From: Octopus sinensis | Lineage: Eukaryota | Assembly: GCF_006345805.1 (NCBI RefSeq) | Contig: NC_043005.1 | Location: 96,782,001 to 96,846,000, forward strand | DNA length: 64,000 nt | Direction: 5' to 3' | Shown here: in pieces, positions 52,222-64,000 of the stretch | Layout of the letters: every line of letters starts with the position of its first letter | Position numbering within the stretch: the stretch's first letter is position 1 | Translations under genes and position numbers: made by a program | Notes under the pieces: model-generated | What the model saw: the letters and a program-made list of their open reading frames with translations, nothing else | Databases searched by the model: none | What the model was told of the DNA's origin: nothing

Positions 52222-52450
52222 CTAGCGTTCTACAATAAAATTTCTCGACATTAAAAAATGTCGAGATGAAAAATATACAATATAATTAGGGGTGAAACTG
52301 CCCCTAGGGGCGAATTCCTCCCTTGGAAAAGCACTCAAACGAAAGTTGGGTGCCTTACACACCTTATTTACAAAAATGTACACAAAATATGGGCTATAAA
52401 TAGTCAAAATAAACGATTACCTTCGGAGCCGAGGTGACAACACATCTGTC

Positions 52451-52785
<335 letters not shown>

Positions 52786-52786
<1 letters not shown>

Positions 52787-55700
52787 GTTTCTTTATTGGC
52801 CACACATGGCTGCACACAGATGGGACAAATTACAAGGTAGAGCTTTTCTTTTGGGGGATGAAAAAAAAACAAAAAACAAAGAACAAAAGAAACAAAAAAC
52901 AGTGGCGTAGGTTTTCGATCAAAAGGGATCGTGAAAGGGGAAAAAAAGGAAACAAAAGAAAAGGAAAAAGAAAAAAGAAGAAAAAAAGGGGAAGAGGAAA
53001 GAAAAACGATCAATAGGGATCGTGTATCACAGTGTCATGATGTACGGTGTAAAGGGGGAAGCGGATGAGGTTTATCCGTGGGAAGAAAAGCCTACGAAAA
53101 AGACCACGGTAACCTCGGTCAATATTGTTATATGTTACCACATTTGTTTGCAAGTGGGTAACCCACTGCTTTCAATTTCTGGGTTCATAGGATTATGCTC
53201 AAAGTGGTTTCGTCATTCATACGTGCCATCCTTGCTACATTCACCCATCTTTTTTTAAAACATTCGCTAGACAAAACTTGCCTCTTTACTCTCACTTTCC
53301 TTTTCAAGTGGTACTTGAAGAAGTTGATGAGAGATTGACCAGAGAGGAAAGTGTTTGTCTCCAATCCTTTCAGACGCGTCCACCAGATACATTCTTTCGC
53401 CATAGCTACAAGGATGATGAAAATAGATCTTCCTTCCCGTTTGAAGAAAGGAGGCGTGACAATATTGACGATAGACTCAGCTGATAAACCGACTCGTCCC
53501 ACACGTGACAGCAGTTGTTCGACATAAGCCCACAGATCGGAAATTGTTGGACACCGCACGAGTGCGTGCAGAACGGTTTCGTCGCTCTGACCGCATCTCG
53601 TGTTTCTCGAGCCGTGGCTGTAGAGCTTATCCCGAACGGGTAGCGCTTCTCGGTAGCACTGCCCACGGGTCTGAAATGGTTGGACACTGCACGAGTGCGT
53701 GCAGAACGTTTTCGTCGCTCTGACCGCATCTCTGACAAGTCGGTCCAGTGTCTGGAACCGTGTCTGTAGAGCTTATCCCGAACAGGTAATGCTTCTCGAT
53801 AGCACTGCCAGGCCAGGGTTCTTTGGTGATTGTTCATAGGTCCTGGTCCGAAAGTTGTCCTGAACAGGCGGGTCAGGTGTTCCTCGTCGACGCCCAGACT
53901 CTGCCCGAGATTGTCGTCGCACCTCCCCTCCACTAATCCTTTGTTGTGATGGAGTCGCAGAAGTTCGATCCCGGACGGCAGAGTTGCTTGAGAGCAACGC
54001 AACACTCGCGGTGCCATTAGCCTAACCTCGGTCTCTGCTTGATCCATGACTGTAATTCGGCCAAGGAGACGAGCTGTGGGAAAGCGCGCCGCACAAAAGG
54101 CGACCACACCTGTTCACCGTCGTTTATGAAGCGCCGGAGATGTCGTAGTCTCAGCACATGCCTGCGCATCATCAACCACGGCATGCCCAGCCCTCCATTT
54201 AGCGGGTGTTGACATCGGAGCGTTGCTCTTCCACAGGAAGCAGAAGAGTATACGTTCCAGTTTGGGGATTGTAGGGTCAGGTAAAGGCACGACGGTCAGA
54301 CGATACTCGATGACGGATGCGATGTACGCGTTCGCCACCTCCGCCCGACCTTTTAGGGATAGCTTTCTCTCAGCCCATTTCTGGGTGAGAGTAGCCACCC
54401 TTGTCGTTATTTCGCCCAAGTTCTTCTCCATTTGGAGGTCCGGACCGAACCAGACCCCGAGCAATTTAACCGGTCCGTCCGTCCAGCGTCCCACGATGGA
54501 GACGCTGTTGGACGGCATGGGCCTGCTTCTCCAGGTGCCGAGCCGTAACCCCACTGACTTTTCCCGGTTAATTTTTGCTCCCGTTACCGCTTCATATTCT
54601 TATAGTGTCTCGCTGACCAGCTCGATGTGCTGGTAGCTCGACACTATGACGGTGACGTCATCCGCGTATGCAGACACGCTCCTCCCGCATCCCAGCTCTC
54701 GTGGGATGCCCCTCAGCGTCGCCAGTTTCCGCAGTAGTGGCTCAAGAGTCAATACATACAGAAGCGATGAGAGGGGGCATCCCTGACGAACCGAACGCAT
54801 GATGTTAAAAGGTCTGGATAGATGACCATTTACGCGAACTACTTAGCAGATGCCGCTGTATAAGGCAGCGATCCAACCGCGGAAAACTGGACCGAAACAA
54901 GCCCCTTTAAGGACAGCCTCCAAGTAGTGATGGTCTACCCTATCGAAAGCTTTTGATTGATCCAAATTGATCAGCGCTTCACCCATGCCAGGATTCTTGA
55001 CTACCCTGTCTATGATGTAGCGCATCAGATGGAGGTTGTCATGAATACTTCTACCCGACACGGCGCATGTTTGCGCCTTGTCGACTAGTTTCTTGATGAC
55101 AAGCGCCAACCTCTCGGCTAACACCTTGGCCCAAATTTTCAAATCTGCGTTGAGCAGAGTGATGGGCCTGAAATTATCTATGATGTCCCCCTTGTTTGGG
55201 TCTTTCTTAATCAGTGCCACTGCTCCTCGCTTTACGAAAGCAGGGATACTCCCGTTTTGCTGCCAGTTGCAGTAGACAGCTGCCAAGACGCCTCCAAACA
55301 AGTCTGGCATATGGCAATAAAGTTCGTAGGGCAGACCATCCAAGCCTGGGGACTTGTCTCTCGCGCAGCCTGCCATCGCATCCTGTACGCAGCTGTGATA
55401 TGCTTTTCACAAGACTCCACCTCTCTTGCTGAGAGTCGTGGCAAGGCATGCAGGTAGGCACTAAAGTCTACACTGCGTTCTGCCCCACCACTTGTCCCAA
55501 ACAGTCGGGTGAAGTGTTGTTGAAAAGCCCCACACATCCTTTTAGGCTCGAGCAATTCGCGCCCCTGTTCATCTGTAAGAGACTTGATGGTGGCTCTGTT
55601 GCCTCGTTGCGTCTCCACCACTCGGGCCTCTAGGGCGGCTCCAACTCCTTCGTTCCCCAGAGCACGCATCCTAGCTCTGACAACGCATCCTAGCTCTGAC

Positions 55701-58700
55701 AACGCATCCTTCGTGTTTGGCGTTGAGGTGTTGGTCGAGGGCCAACCTCGCTGCCAGTACGTTGGACGCGATGCCAGTTCTAAGTGCCTCTTCTAAAACC
55801 TTAACTAAGTCTCCCTCTATTCTATTTCGGTCTAATGCTAGGACTTTACTGTACCTGACTAATTCTGCTTTAATTGCTTTTTTTAGGGCATACCACCATC
55901 TGTTGTTGATGATGGTACCCGTCAAAGCACTCTTAACTAATGTGCTGATCCGGTCCCTGTAAACCTGTCGTGCTGTAAAAGACGCGTTCAGCTTCCAGTA
56001 ACCAGGACCCTGCCTATGTGTCTTATCTAAGTCAAGTGTACAAGTCACAAACTTGTGATCTGTGTAACTGACTATATGAAATTGTGGACAACCTACACTA
56101 TTTTTATCTATTGTCCTACAGAATACTCTAACTAAGTACGATCTGGACGACCCGATGCGGTTACTCCATGTTCACATTGGCACATTCGGGTGGTCCATTC
56201 GGTACCTGTCAGACGGTTGGAAACGTCTGAGCAGGTCTTTGAGGCATTTGCATCCCCTTCTATTGCTATCTCTGCCCACGTAGTCTAGATGTGTGTCCAG
56301 GGTGACATTCCAATCCCCCACTAAAAGTAAAAGACGAGACGTTCTCATGAAAGACTCTAGACGTCGAAAGAAATCTGGTCGTCCTGTTAAGGACGGGGCA
56401 TAAACTGTTATCAATCGAAAAGCACGCTCATTGCTGCCATCGACATCCAAAACGACCAGCCTACCCTCCGGGTCTAGGACAATTGCTCTTACTTTGAGGT
56501 CCAAACTCTTCCGGAGAAGCACCGCGGTGCCACCTCCGCCCATTCTCTGTAGACACGGAGAAAAATAAATGTTGAAATGTGTGCCGAACATGTGCTGGAG
56601 TGCCCGCGAGCTGTGGAGTCTGGTCTCACTGATGGCTATGATATGCAGATTTAGTGACTTGATATCGTTTAACAGGTAGCCTTGTTTCCAAGGCGATCCC
56701 AAGCCACGTACATTTATACTGCCTATTTTGATCATGTTTCTATAAAAAAAATTGTGTTTTACACACGAAAAGAAAGTGCGAAAAAAAAAAAAGAGAGAGA
56801 AAAGGTTACTTATTGTCCGAAAGTCCTTTGTTTTTCACCTCACTCTCTTCTCCCATGAGGTTTTTAAAAAGTTTCTTTGATAAGTATTTTTGAAATCTCC
56901 CTACTACATCAGGGTAGAGAGATTTCAGGGTGCTGTGTGTGTTCTGTGTTACGTGTATTATTTTAATGTGTTGTGGTGGTGTTGTGCGTGGGTGGTTATT
57001 TGTTTTTATGTCGTTTTCAGTTATGTTGGTGTTTGACCTAATGTATTCCATTAGGTCGTGGTTGTTTGTGTTTATGGCTGTCAACATTGTTGGGGGGTTT
57101 GATGATGGTGTGTTTGCGTTGCTGTGTTCGTTTTCTGTGGATGTTTTTGTTTCGGGAGTGGTGAATCTTCCTGCTTTGTTTGTTATCTTTTCTATTATTT
57201 TTCCCCCCTTTTTTTCCCTCCTTCCTGTGGCTATTTGCCAATCCTCTGTGTCTTCTTCATCTAATGACAAGTCAGAGGGATCAGAGAGTGGGAGGGGAAA
57301 AGTATTGGGGTCTATTTTAGACTGTGTTGATTTTGTTGTTGGTGTTGGTGTTGGTTGGTGAGCGTTAGGGTGTGGTGTATGGGATTTTGGAGGTTGGGTG
57401 TGGGTATTTTGTGTTTGAATGATTGTAGGTATTGTTGTGTTGTTTGGGGTGTCAGTTTTGTGGGAATTTGGAGTAGTAATTGTTTTTTTCATTTTCGATG
57501 CTTGTCTTTTTGGTAGATGTTCTTGGTTTGGGAGTTGGTTTATTCTTGGTTGTTGTTGTTGATGTTGTTTTTGTTCTTGGTGCACTTGGTGGTGTTGTTT
57601 GGTTGGGTTGGTTTGTTTTTTGTTGATTTTCTGTGATTAATCCTTTTATTGTTTGTGCAAACTGTGGTGTGGGTAGTAAAGCTGGCTTTTTTGTTTTTTT
57701 CCGGCTGCTGTTGTTGTTGCTGTTGTTTTCTTGCGGCAGATTTGCAATCTTTTTTTAGATGTTGTTCACTGTAGCATATGTAGCAACGTGGTCTTGCTAG
57801 CCATAGATTGTTCGCTATTTTTGGGACGTTGTTTAAAGTAACCTTAGTCACTCTCTGTCCACGATAGCTTGGTATTAATGTGAGTTCATCCGAATGAAGA
57901 GTTAGCGTTGAGAAACGTTTTGCTAACTCTTCAGTGTGGAAAACCACTTGTATATGCGCGAACTTGTTCCACCAGGTCACGTATTCCTTGACGTTCCAGA
58001 TGGGTTGCAAGCATTTTTCGATTTTGCTTGTGTTAGCCTTCTCTAGACTTTTTGTTTTCTTATTAATTATTTTATATATGATAGTTCTTTTTTTTTTCAT
58101 TTTCTAGTATTTGTTGTGGTATGTTTATTTTTACTTTGCCATCTTCCTTAGTTAGGTATCTTTTATCTTCCTTTGGTATCTTTTATCTGTTGTTTTTTTC
58201 TTTTATCGCCTCGGCGAAATTTGTTGTTGTTGCTGGTGATGATGTTGTTGTTGGCTGCAGTTGGTAAAATCGGTGTATTTGGTTTGATTGTGCAAGTAGG
58301 AAGGGTGGAAAATTACTTGCATAATTTGTTCCTGCGTTTGAGCAGCTTTCGTCAATTTGTTTGGTGGTCACAGTCTTTTGTTTATCTCCTTCAGTTCTTG
58401 GTGTTGAAGGAAACAAGGTCTCAACGGAATTGTTGTTGTTGTTATTGTTGTTTTTGTTGGTGGTGGTGGCGGTGGTGTCAGTGGCAGAAGAGACAGCCGT
58501 GGCTGCAGATATCGAAATGGTGTCGCAATTGCTGTTATTCTTGTTGTCGTTGTTGTTGTTGGTAGTTGAGGTAGTGGATGACGTGGTGGTGGTGGTGGTG
58601 GTGGTGGTGGTGGTGGTGGTTTGAGTATTATCCATTTCACTGTCAGCGCGTTTGTCGATTGTATTTTGCAAACTGGGAAAGTTTTCTTCAGAAAACATAG

Positions 58701-59153
58701 CAGAATATTTTTCCACTATAAGATTTCTTGACATTATTATTTTTTTGTTTCAAGAGAAAAAAAATAAAAATAGATTGAAACAGCCCTTATGGGCGATTTC
58801 TATATTTAACACAGGCTCAAACGAAAGTTGGGCGTTTGGAAAGTCACAACACTACGACAATGTGGAACGTAAACAATGGATACAAACGAGAAGAAAGAGA
58901 ACAGCGTTCGTAATTTACTAGAAACGCTTCGCCGACATTATGTTAAAAAACAAGTTATTGCAGCCAAAATTGTGAAATATATTTGAGGCTGAAAATGCCC
59001 CTAGGGGCAAAATCCCCTCCGGAAAACACACCCAGACGATAGCTGGGTGTCTTACACACTCCGTGTGCAAAATTTACAACGAAACTTTTCGAGAAACACA
59101 ATAAAATAAGTAGTTAACTTACGAGCCGATCTGTCAACGAATACTATCAAAAG

Positions 59154-59154
<1 letters not shown>
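52786..59154 (-). mobile_element. Tx1-like copy 2, full length, chimeric 3' end
   Basis: ORF1 58734 to 56806 (RPRCYICYSEQHLKKDC knuckle), ORF2 56735 to 53185 with the same motifs as copy 1, internal duplication at about 53545-53810, AATAAA then (TATC)n. Confidence 0.92.
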
Positions 59155-59243
<89 letters not shown>

Positions 59244-59262
59244 ATCGATAAATAGGTAGATA
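59155..59262. repeat. (GATA)n microsatellite between copies 2 and 3
   Basis: Direct reading. Confidence 0.95.
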
Positions 59263-60463
59263 AGTTTCATTATTGGCCACACAGGGCTGCACACAGATGG
59301 GATGAAAAAAACAAAATACAAAAAACAAAAGAAACAAAAAAAAAGTGGTGTAGGTTTTCGATCAAAAGGAATTGTAAAAGGAAAAAAAGAAAATAAAAGG
59401 AAAAGAAACAAAAGAAAAGAAAAAGGAAAAAAGAAGAAAAAAGGGGAAGAGGGAAAAAAACGATCAATAGGGATCGTGTATCACAGTGTCATGATGTACG
59501 GTGTAAAGGGGGAAGGAGATGAGGTTTATCCGTGGGAAGAAAAGCCTACGAAAAAGACCACGGTAACCTCGGTCAATATTGATATATGTTACCACATTTG
59601 TTTGCAAGTGGGTAACCCACTGTTTTCAATTTCTGGGTTCATAGGATTATGCTCAAGGTGGCTTCATCATTCATACGTGCCATCCTTGCTACATTCACCC
59701 ATCTTTTTTTAAAACATTCGCTAGACAAAACTTGCCTCTCTACTCTCACTTTCCTTTTCAAGTGGTACTTGAAGAAGTTGATGAGAGATTGACCAGAGAG
59801 GAAAGTGTTTGTCTCCAATCCTTATTCTTTCGCCATAGCTACAAGGATGATGAAAATAGATCTTCCTTCCCGTTTGAAGGAAGGAGGCGTGACAATATTG
59901 ACGATAGACTCAGCTGATAAACCGACTCGTCCCACACGTGACAGCAGTTGTTCGACATAAGCCCACAGATCGGAAATTGTTGGACACTGTACGAGTGCGT
60001 GCAAAACGGTTTCGTCGCTCTGACCGCATCTCGGGCAGGTCGGCCCCGTGTTTCTCGAGCCGTGTCTGTAGAGCTTATCCCGAACGGGTAGCGCTTCTCG
60101 GTAGCACTGCCAGGCCAGAGATCTCTGGAAGTTGTCCATGGGCCCTGGCCCGAAAGTCGTCCCGAACAGGCGAATCAGGTATTCCTCGTCGACGTCCAGG
60201 TTCGCCCCGAGCTCGTCGTCGTACCTCCCCTCCGCTAATCCCCTATAGAATGCTTTGGTTGTGATGGAGTCACTCAAGGTCGACCCAGGCCGGCAGAGTT
60301 GCTTGAGAGCAACGAGACACTCGCGGTGCCATTCGCCCTTCCTCAGCCTCTTTTTGATCCACGACTGCAGTTCGGTCATAGAGACGAGCTGCGGCAAAGC
60401 GTGCCCAACAAACGGTGACCACACCTGTTCACCGTCGTCTACGAAGAGCCTGAGATGTCGCAG
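59263..60463 (-). mobile_element. Tx1-like copy 3, 5'-truncated (1.2 kb)
   Basis: ORF2 C-terminus (CPRCGQSDETVLHALVQC) and 3' UTR nearly identical to copy 2; GATA on both sides. Confidence 0.9.
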
Positions 60464-60684
<221 letters not shown>

Positions 60685-61457
60685 TGTTTCTTTATTAGCC
60701 AGACAGGGCTGCATACAGACGGGACAAATTACAAAGTAGAGCTTTTCTTTTTTGGGAGAAAAAAAAGTGTGGTAGGTTTTCGATCAAAAGGGATCGTAAG
60801 AGGGAAAGAAGAAGAAGAAGAAAAAAACGATCAATAGGGATCGTGTATCACAGTGTCATGATGTAAGGTGTAAAGGGGGAATCAGATGAGGTTTATCTGT
60901 GGGAAGAAAAGCCTACGGAAAAGATCACGGTAACCTCGGTCAATATTGTTACATGTTACCACATTTGTTTGCAAGTGGGTAACCCTCTGTTTTCAATTTC
61001 TGGGTTCATAGGATTATGCTCAAAGTGGTTTCGTCATTCATACGTGCCATCCTTGCTACATTCACCCATCTTTTTTTAAAACATTCGCTAGACAAAACCT
61101 GCCTCTCTACTCTCACTTTCCTTTTCAAGTGGTACTTGAAGAAGTTGATGAGAGATTGACCAGAGAGGAAAGTGTTTGTCTCCAATCCTTTCAGACGCGT
61201 CCACCAGATACATTCTTTCGCCATAGCTACAAGGATGATGAAAATAGATCTTCCTTCCCGTTTGAAGGAAGGAGGCGTGACAATATTGACGATAAATCGA
61301 CTCGTCCCACACGTGACAGCAGTTGTTCGACATAAGCCCACAGATCTGAAATTGTTGGACACCGCACGAGTGCGTGCAGAACGGTTTCGTCGCACTGACC
61401 GCATCTCGGGCAGGTCGGCCCCGTGTTTCTCGAGCCGTGTCTGTAGAGCTTATCCCG
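60685..61457 (-). mobile_element. Tx1-like copy 4, 5'-truncated (0.77 kb)
   Basis: ORF2 terminus ..NVARMARMNDETTLSIIL and 3' UTR matching copies 2 and 3. Confidence 0.9.
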
Positions 61458-61882
61458 ATCGACATAACAGATGGTTTAAAGCTCTCTTCAGCCGCATGCA
61501 ATTGCTATACCAAAGACCTGTATCACATTATGAAAAGTCCGAAAAGGAACATTTTGGTATTATCTATAATGGTAGGTATATTGTGTTTCACTGAGAAAGT
61601 ATGTTTGTGAATCTTCATAATCAAATAGGTGTGCAGGGTATTATTAGAGTGTCTATATCGACTGATGATACAGTATGGACGGATTTTCGAAGTCCAATAA
61701 TACCCTGCACACCTATTTGATTATGAAGATTCACAAACATACTTTCTCAGTGAAACTCAATATATCTACCATTATAGATAATACCAAATGTTCCTTTTCG
61801 GACTTTTCATAATGTGATACAGGTCTTTGGTATAGCAATTGCATGCGGCTGAAGAGAGCTTTAAACTATCTGTTATGTCGAT
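61458..61882. repeat. Long inverted repeat (~190-bp arms, ~45-nt spacer)
   Basis: 61458-61648 is the reverse complement of 61693-61882 with few mismatches. Confidence 0.88.
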
Positions 61883-61972
61883 TATACATTGATGTAAGAA
61901 TAAGTTGTTTTATAAAGCTTGAAGCACGTGTACCGCGACATCCTTTATGTTCTTTTTTTTATTTCATTTGAT

Positions 61973-62015
<43 letters not shown>

Positions 62016-62876
62016 CACACGTTAGGCTTCCACACAGCTTTCCTCTCCACGCTTGTTCACCATGCATTGGGCGGCCCGGTGCTAAAGTTGATGACAGTTG
62101 TCCAATGTGCTGCGTACTTGACTAAACTCAAAACCACGGAGTTGGTTGCAAAGCAAATTTCTTAAACATTGACTTTTGCACACTAGAGCAAGTTTATAAA
62201 GCTAGGGTGGAGAATACTTCATTTTTGAAGCAACCTCTATACATACTTGGTATTTATTACAAGTATAAAATAACCTAAACGATTTAGTGTGTATCAATTT
62301 ATCATTTTAACCGTTCCGCCGTATTAATTGATATTCATAAGTAAACATTAATATTACGTGGGAAATATAGACAGCACAATACGTTATATAGCTATAAATA
62401 TAATGTCGTTTGAATCCTCAAGGATATATCTTTCATCTCTGTATTAATCGCATCTACTTTAATGAATACATTACGCATTTTATGGTTTATTATCCGCGTT
62501 TCTCAGCCTCTGAGAAATGGATCTACAGCTTTCATTCATACAGAGCGGGATAAATGGTCCAGATTCACAGTAGACATACGTTCTCTTCAGTAAATGATAA
62601 AAGTGATTATATTTAACATTTAGTTTGTACATTTACTTATGTTCCGAGTTCATTGCTTGCCGAACTTCCCTTTGATCTTTCTATTGATAGATAGATATCT
62701 ATCAGTATATTTAGAGCGTATATTCTATGCCCGTCCATATTTATCAGTATATGCATGCAAGCATGTGTGTATGCCTTTGCTCAGTTTTATTTCAAGATTT
62801 CTTGTCAGTAGAGAAAGAGCCGGTTTCTAACCTAGATTCAAAGCTCCTTCATTGGAATTTCAACATCAACAACAGG

Positions 62877-62907
<31 letters not shown>

Positions 62908-64000
62908 TTTATGTATTTATGTATGTATGTATGTATGTATGTATGTATGTATGTATGTATGTATGCATGCATGTATGTATATATGTATGTATGTATGTAT
63001 GTATATATGTATGTATATATGCATGCATGCTTGTATGTAACCTTGTTCGAAGATATGCAATCTTAATGCGTGGACAACACTGTGTCTGGAGAAATGAAGG
63101 CTAATTTCGGTCCCATTAACCGTTCTAAAATCTCGCTTAAATTTATTTAACATCTTACGGTCTCGAATTTAAGGGAACAAAATTCCGTAACTTATCCAGC
63201 TTCCTAAGATGTTTAGGCGGATAAGATTACAAGACTGCATGACTAAATAGGACGCCAATTCGCCACAGGTTTCCACAGTGCTAATTGTGTTGGAGCCGTG
63301 TTCAGTGACGCATCTTGTTCAAGAAAACAACGAACTTCCCGGTCCGAGAATTGAACCAAGAAGCTAACGATCGTGAGCCTAACACTCTCAGCAGTTGAAC
63401 ATTCGCTTTCCTCCCTCTTACACTAAGACTTAGATATTTATTCAAACATATATCTGTCGATCAACAAGTCGACTAAAAGTTAGAGAGAATCATTAGCGGC
63501 TACAGATAGAATGTTCTGCGCTATGACTACAAGTCCCGCCAAGGTCGACTTCATCATTTAGTATTCCAAGGTGGACAAATAATTCTGGGGTCCATTCTTA
63601 TTCATTTTTTCTGATTTGTCCGTTATATCCAAAGTTCAAACCTTCTGACATTCTGTCACGGTGATACATACTGAAATTTGCATTAAAGATAAATGGGTAT
63701 GTTGGATACTAAACCACTAACACGTTAATTTCATCTTTAGGAATTCACTTGGTTCGAACAATTAGTCATCGTCAAGAGCAATGAAGATCACATCCGTATT
63801 GTAGTATTGTTTACGTATTAATTACGTATTTTTTTGTTCTTCCTTGTTATGATAATGACAAAGATTATGCAGTTTTAAGATTTCGTGAAAATTAGCATAA
63901 ACAGTAATAAATATGTTAATATGACATTTCAAAAGGAAATCGAATTGTCATTTTCTCACATCCAGTGATGACCGTGTCAGTTATTGCACTAGAGCTACAT

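Larger units (their letters stand above)
46809..52450 (-). mobile_element. Tx1-like (L1 superfamily) retrotransposon copy 1, full length
   Basis: 5' UTR, ORF1 (52221 to ~50278), ORF2 (50203 to 47087: APE, RT, C-terminal CPRC..H..VQC), 3' UTR with AATAAA; (GATA)n on both sides. Confidence 0.92.

Noticed and set aside
52291-52450. HDV-like ribozyme at the Tx1-like 5' end
   Set aside because: Could not assign the nested P1/P2/P3 pseudoknot by eye; reported only as a stem-loop module.
63735-63800. Possible next exon of the Ly6 gene after ATCTTTAG
   Set aside because: In-frame stop after 14 codons and no conserved Cys.

Overview
AT-rich, microsatellite-dense eukaryotic DNA. The repeat content (tRNA-derived SINE families, abundant (TA)n/(TATG)n/(GATA)n) suggests a coleoid cephalopod, probably Octopus; this is an inference. 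Only one convincing host exon is visible: a 162-bp, phase 1/1 exon at 20589-20750 (+) encoding a Cys-rich Ly6/uPAR (quiver/sleepless-like) N-terminal segment. Its neighbouring exons were not found, so most of the window may be very long introns. The rest is mobile DNA: a 14.6-kb head-to-tail array of four Tx1-like (L1 superfamily) retrotransposons separated by (GATA)n/(TATC)n microsatellites (46809-61457, minus strand), two CR1 LINEs, RTE, R4/Dong-like and HERO/NeSL-like remnants, Penelope GIY-YIG fragments, three mariner/Tc1 remnants, non-autonomous Helitrons and SINEs. Strongest leads: (1) apparent (TATC)n target specificity of the Tx1-like family, whose 3' end is also shared with a SINE and whose 5' UTR carries a covarying stem-loop module; (2) several minimal hammerhead ribozymes in Penelope-type or retrozyme-like inverted and tandem repeats, including one with a compensatory U3:A8 core. 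Many ORF frameshifts could be sequencing or consensus indels rather than real decay. All alignments and folds were done by eye.
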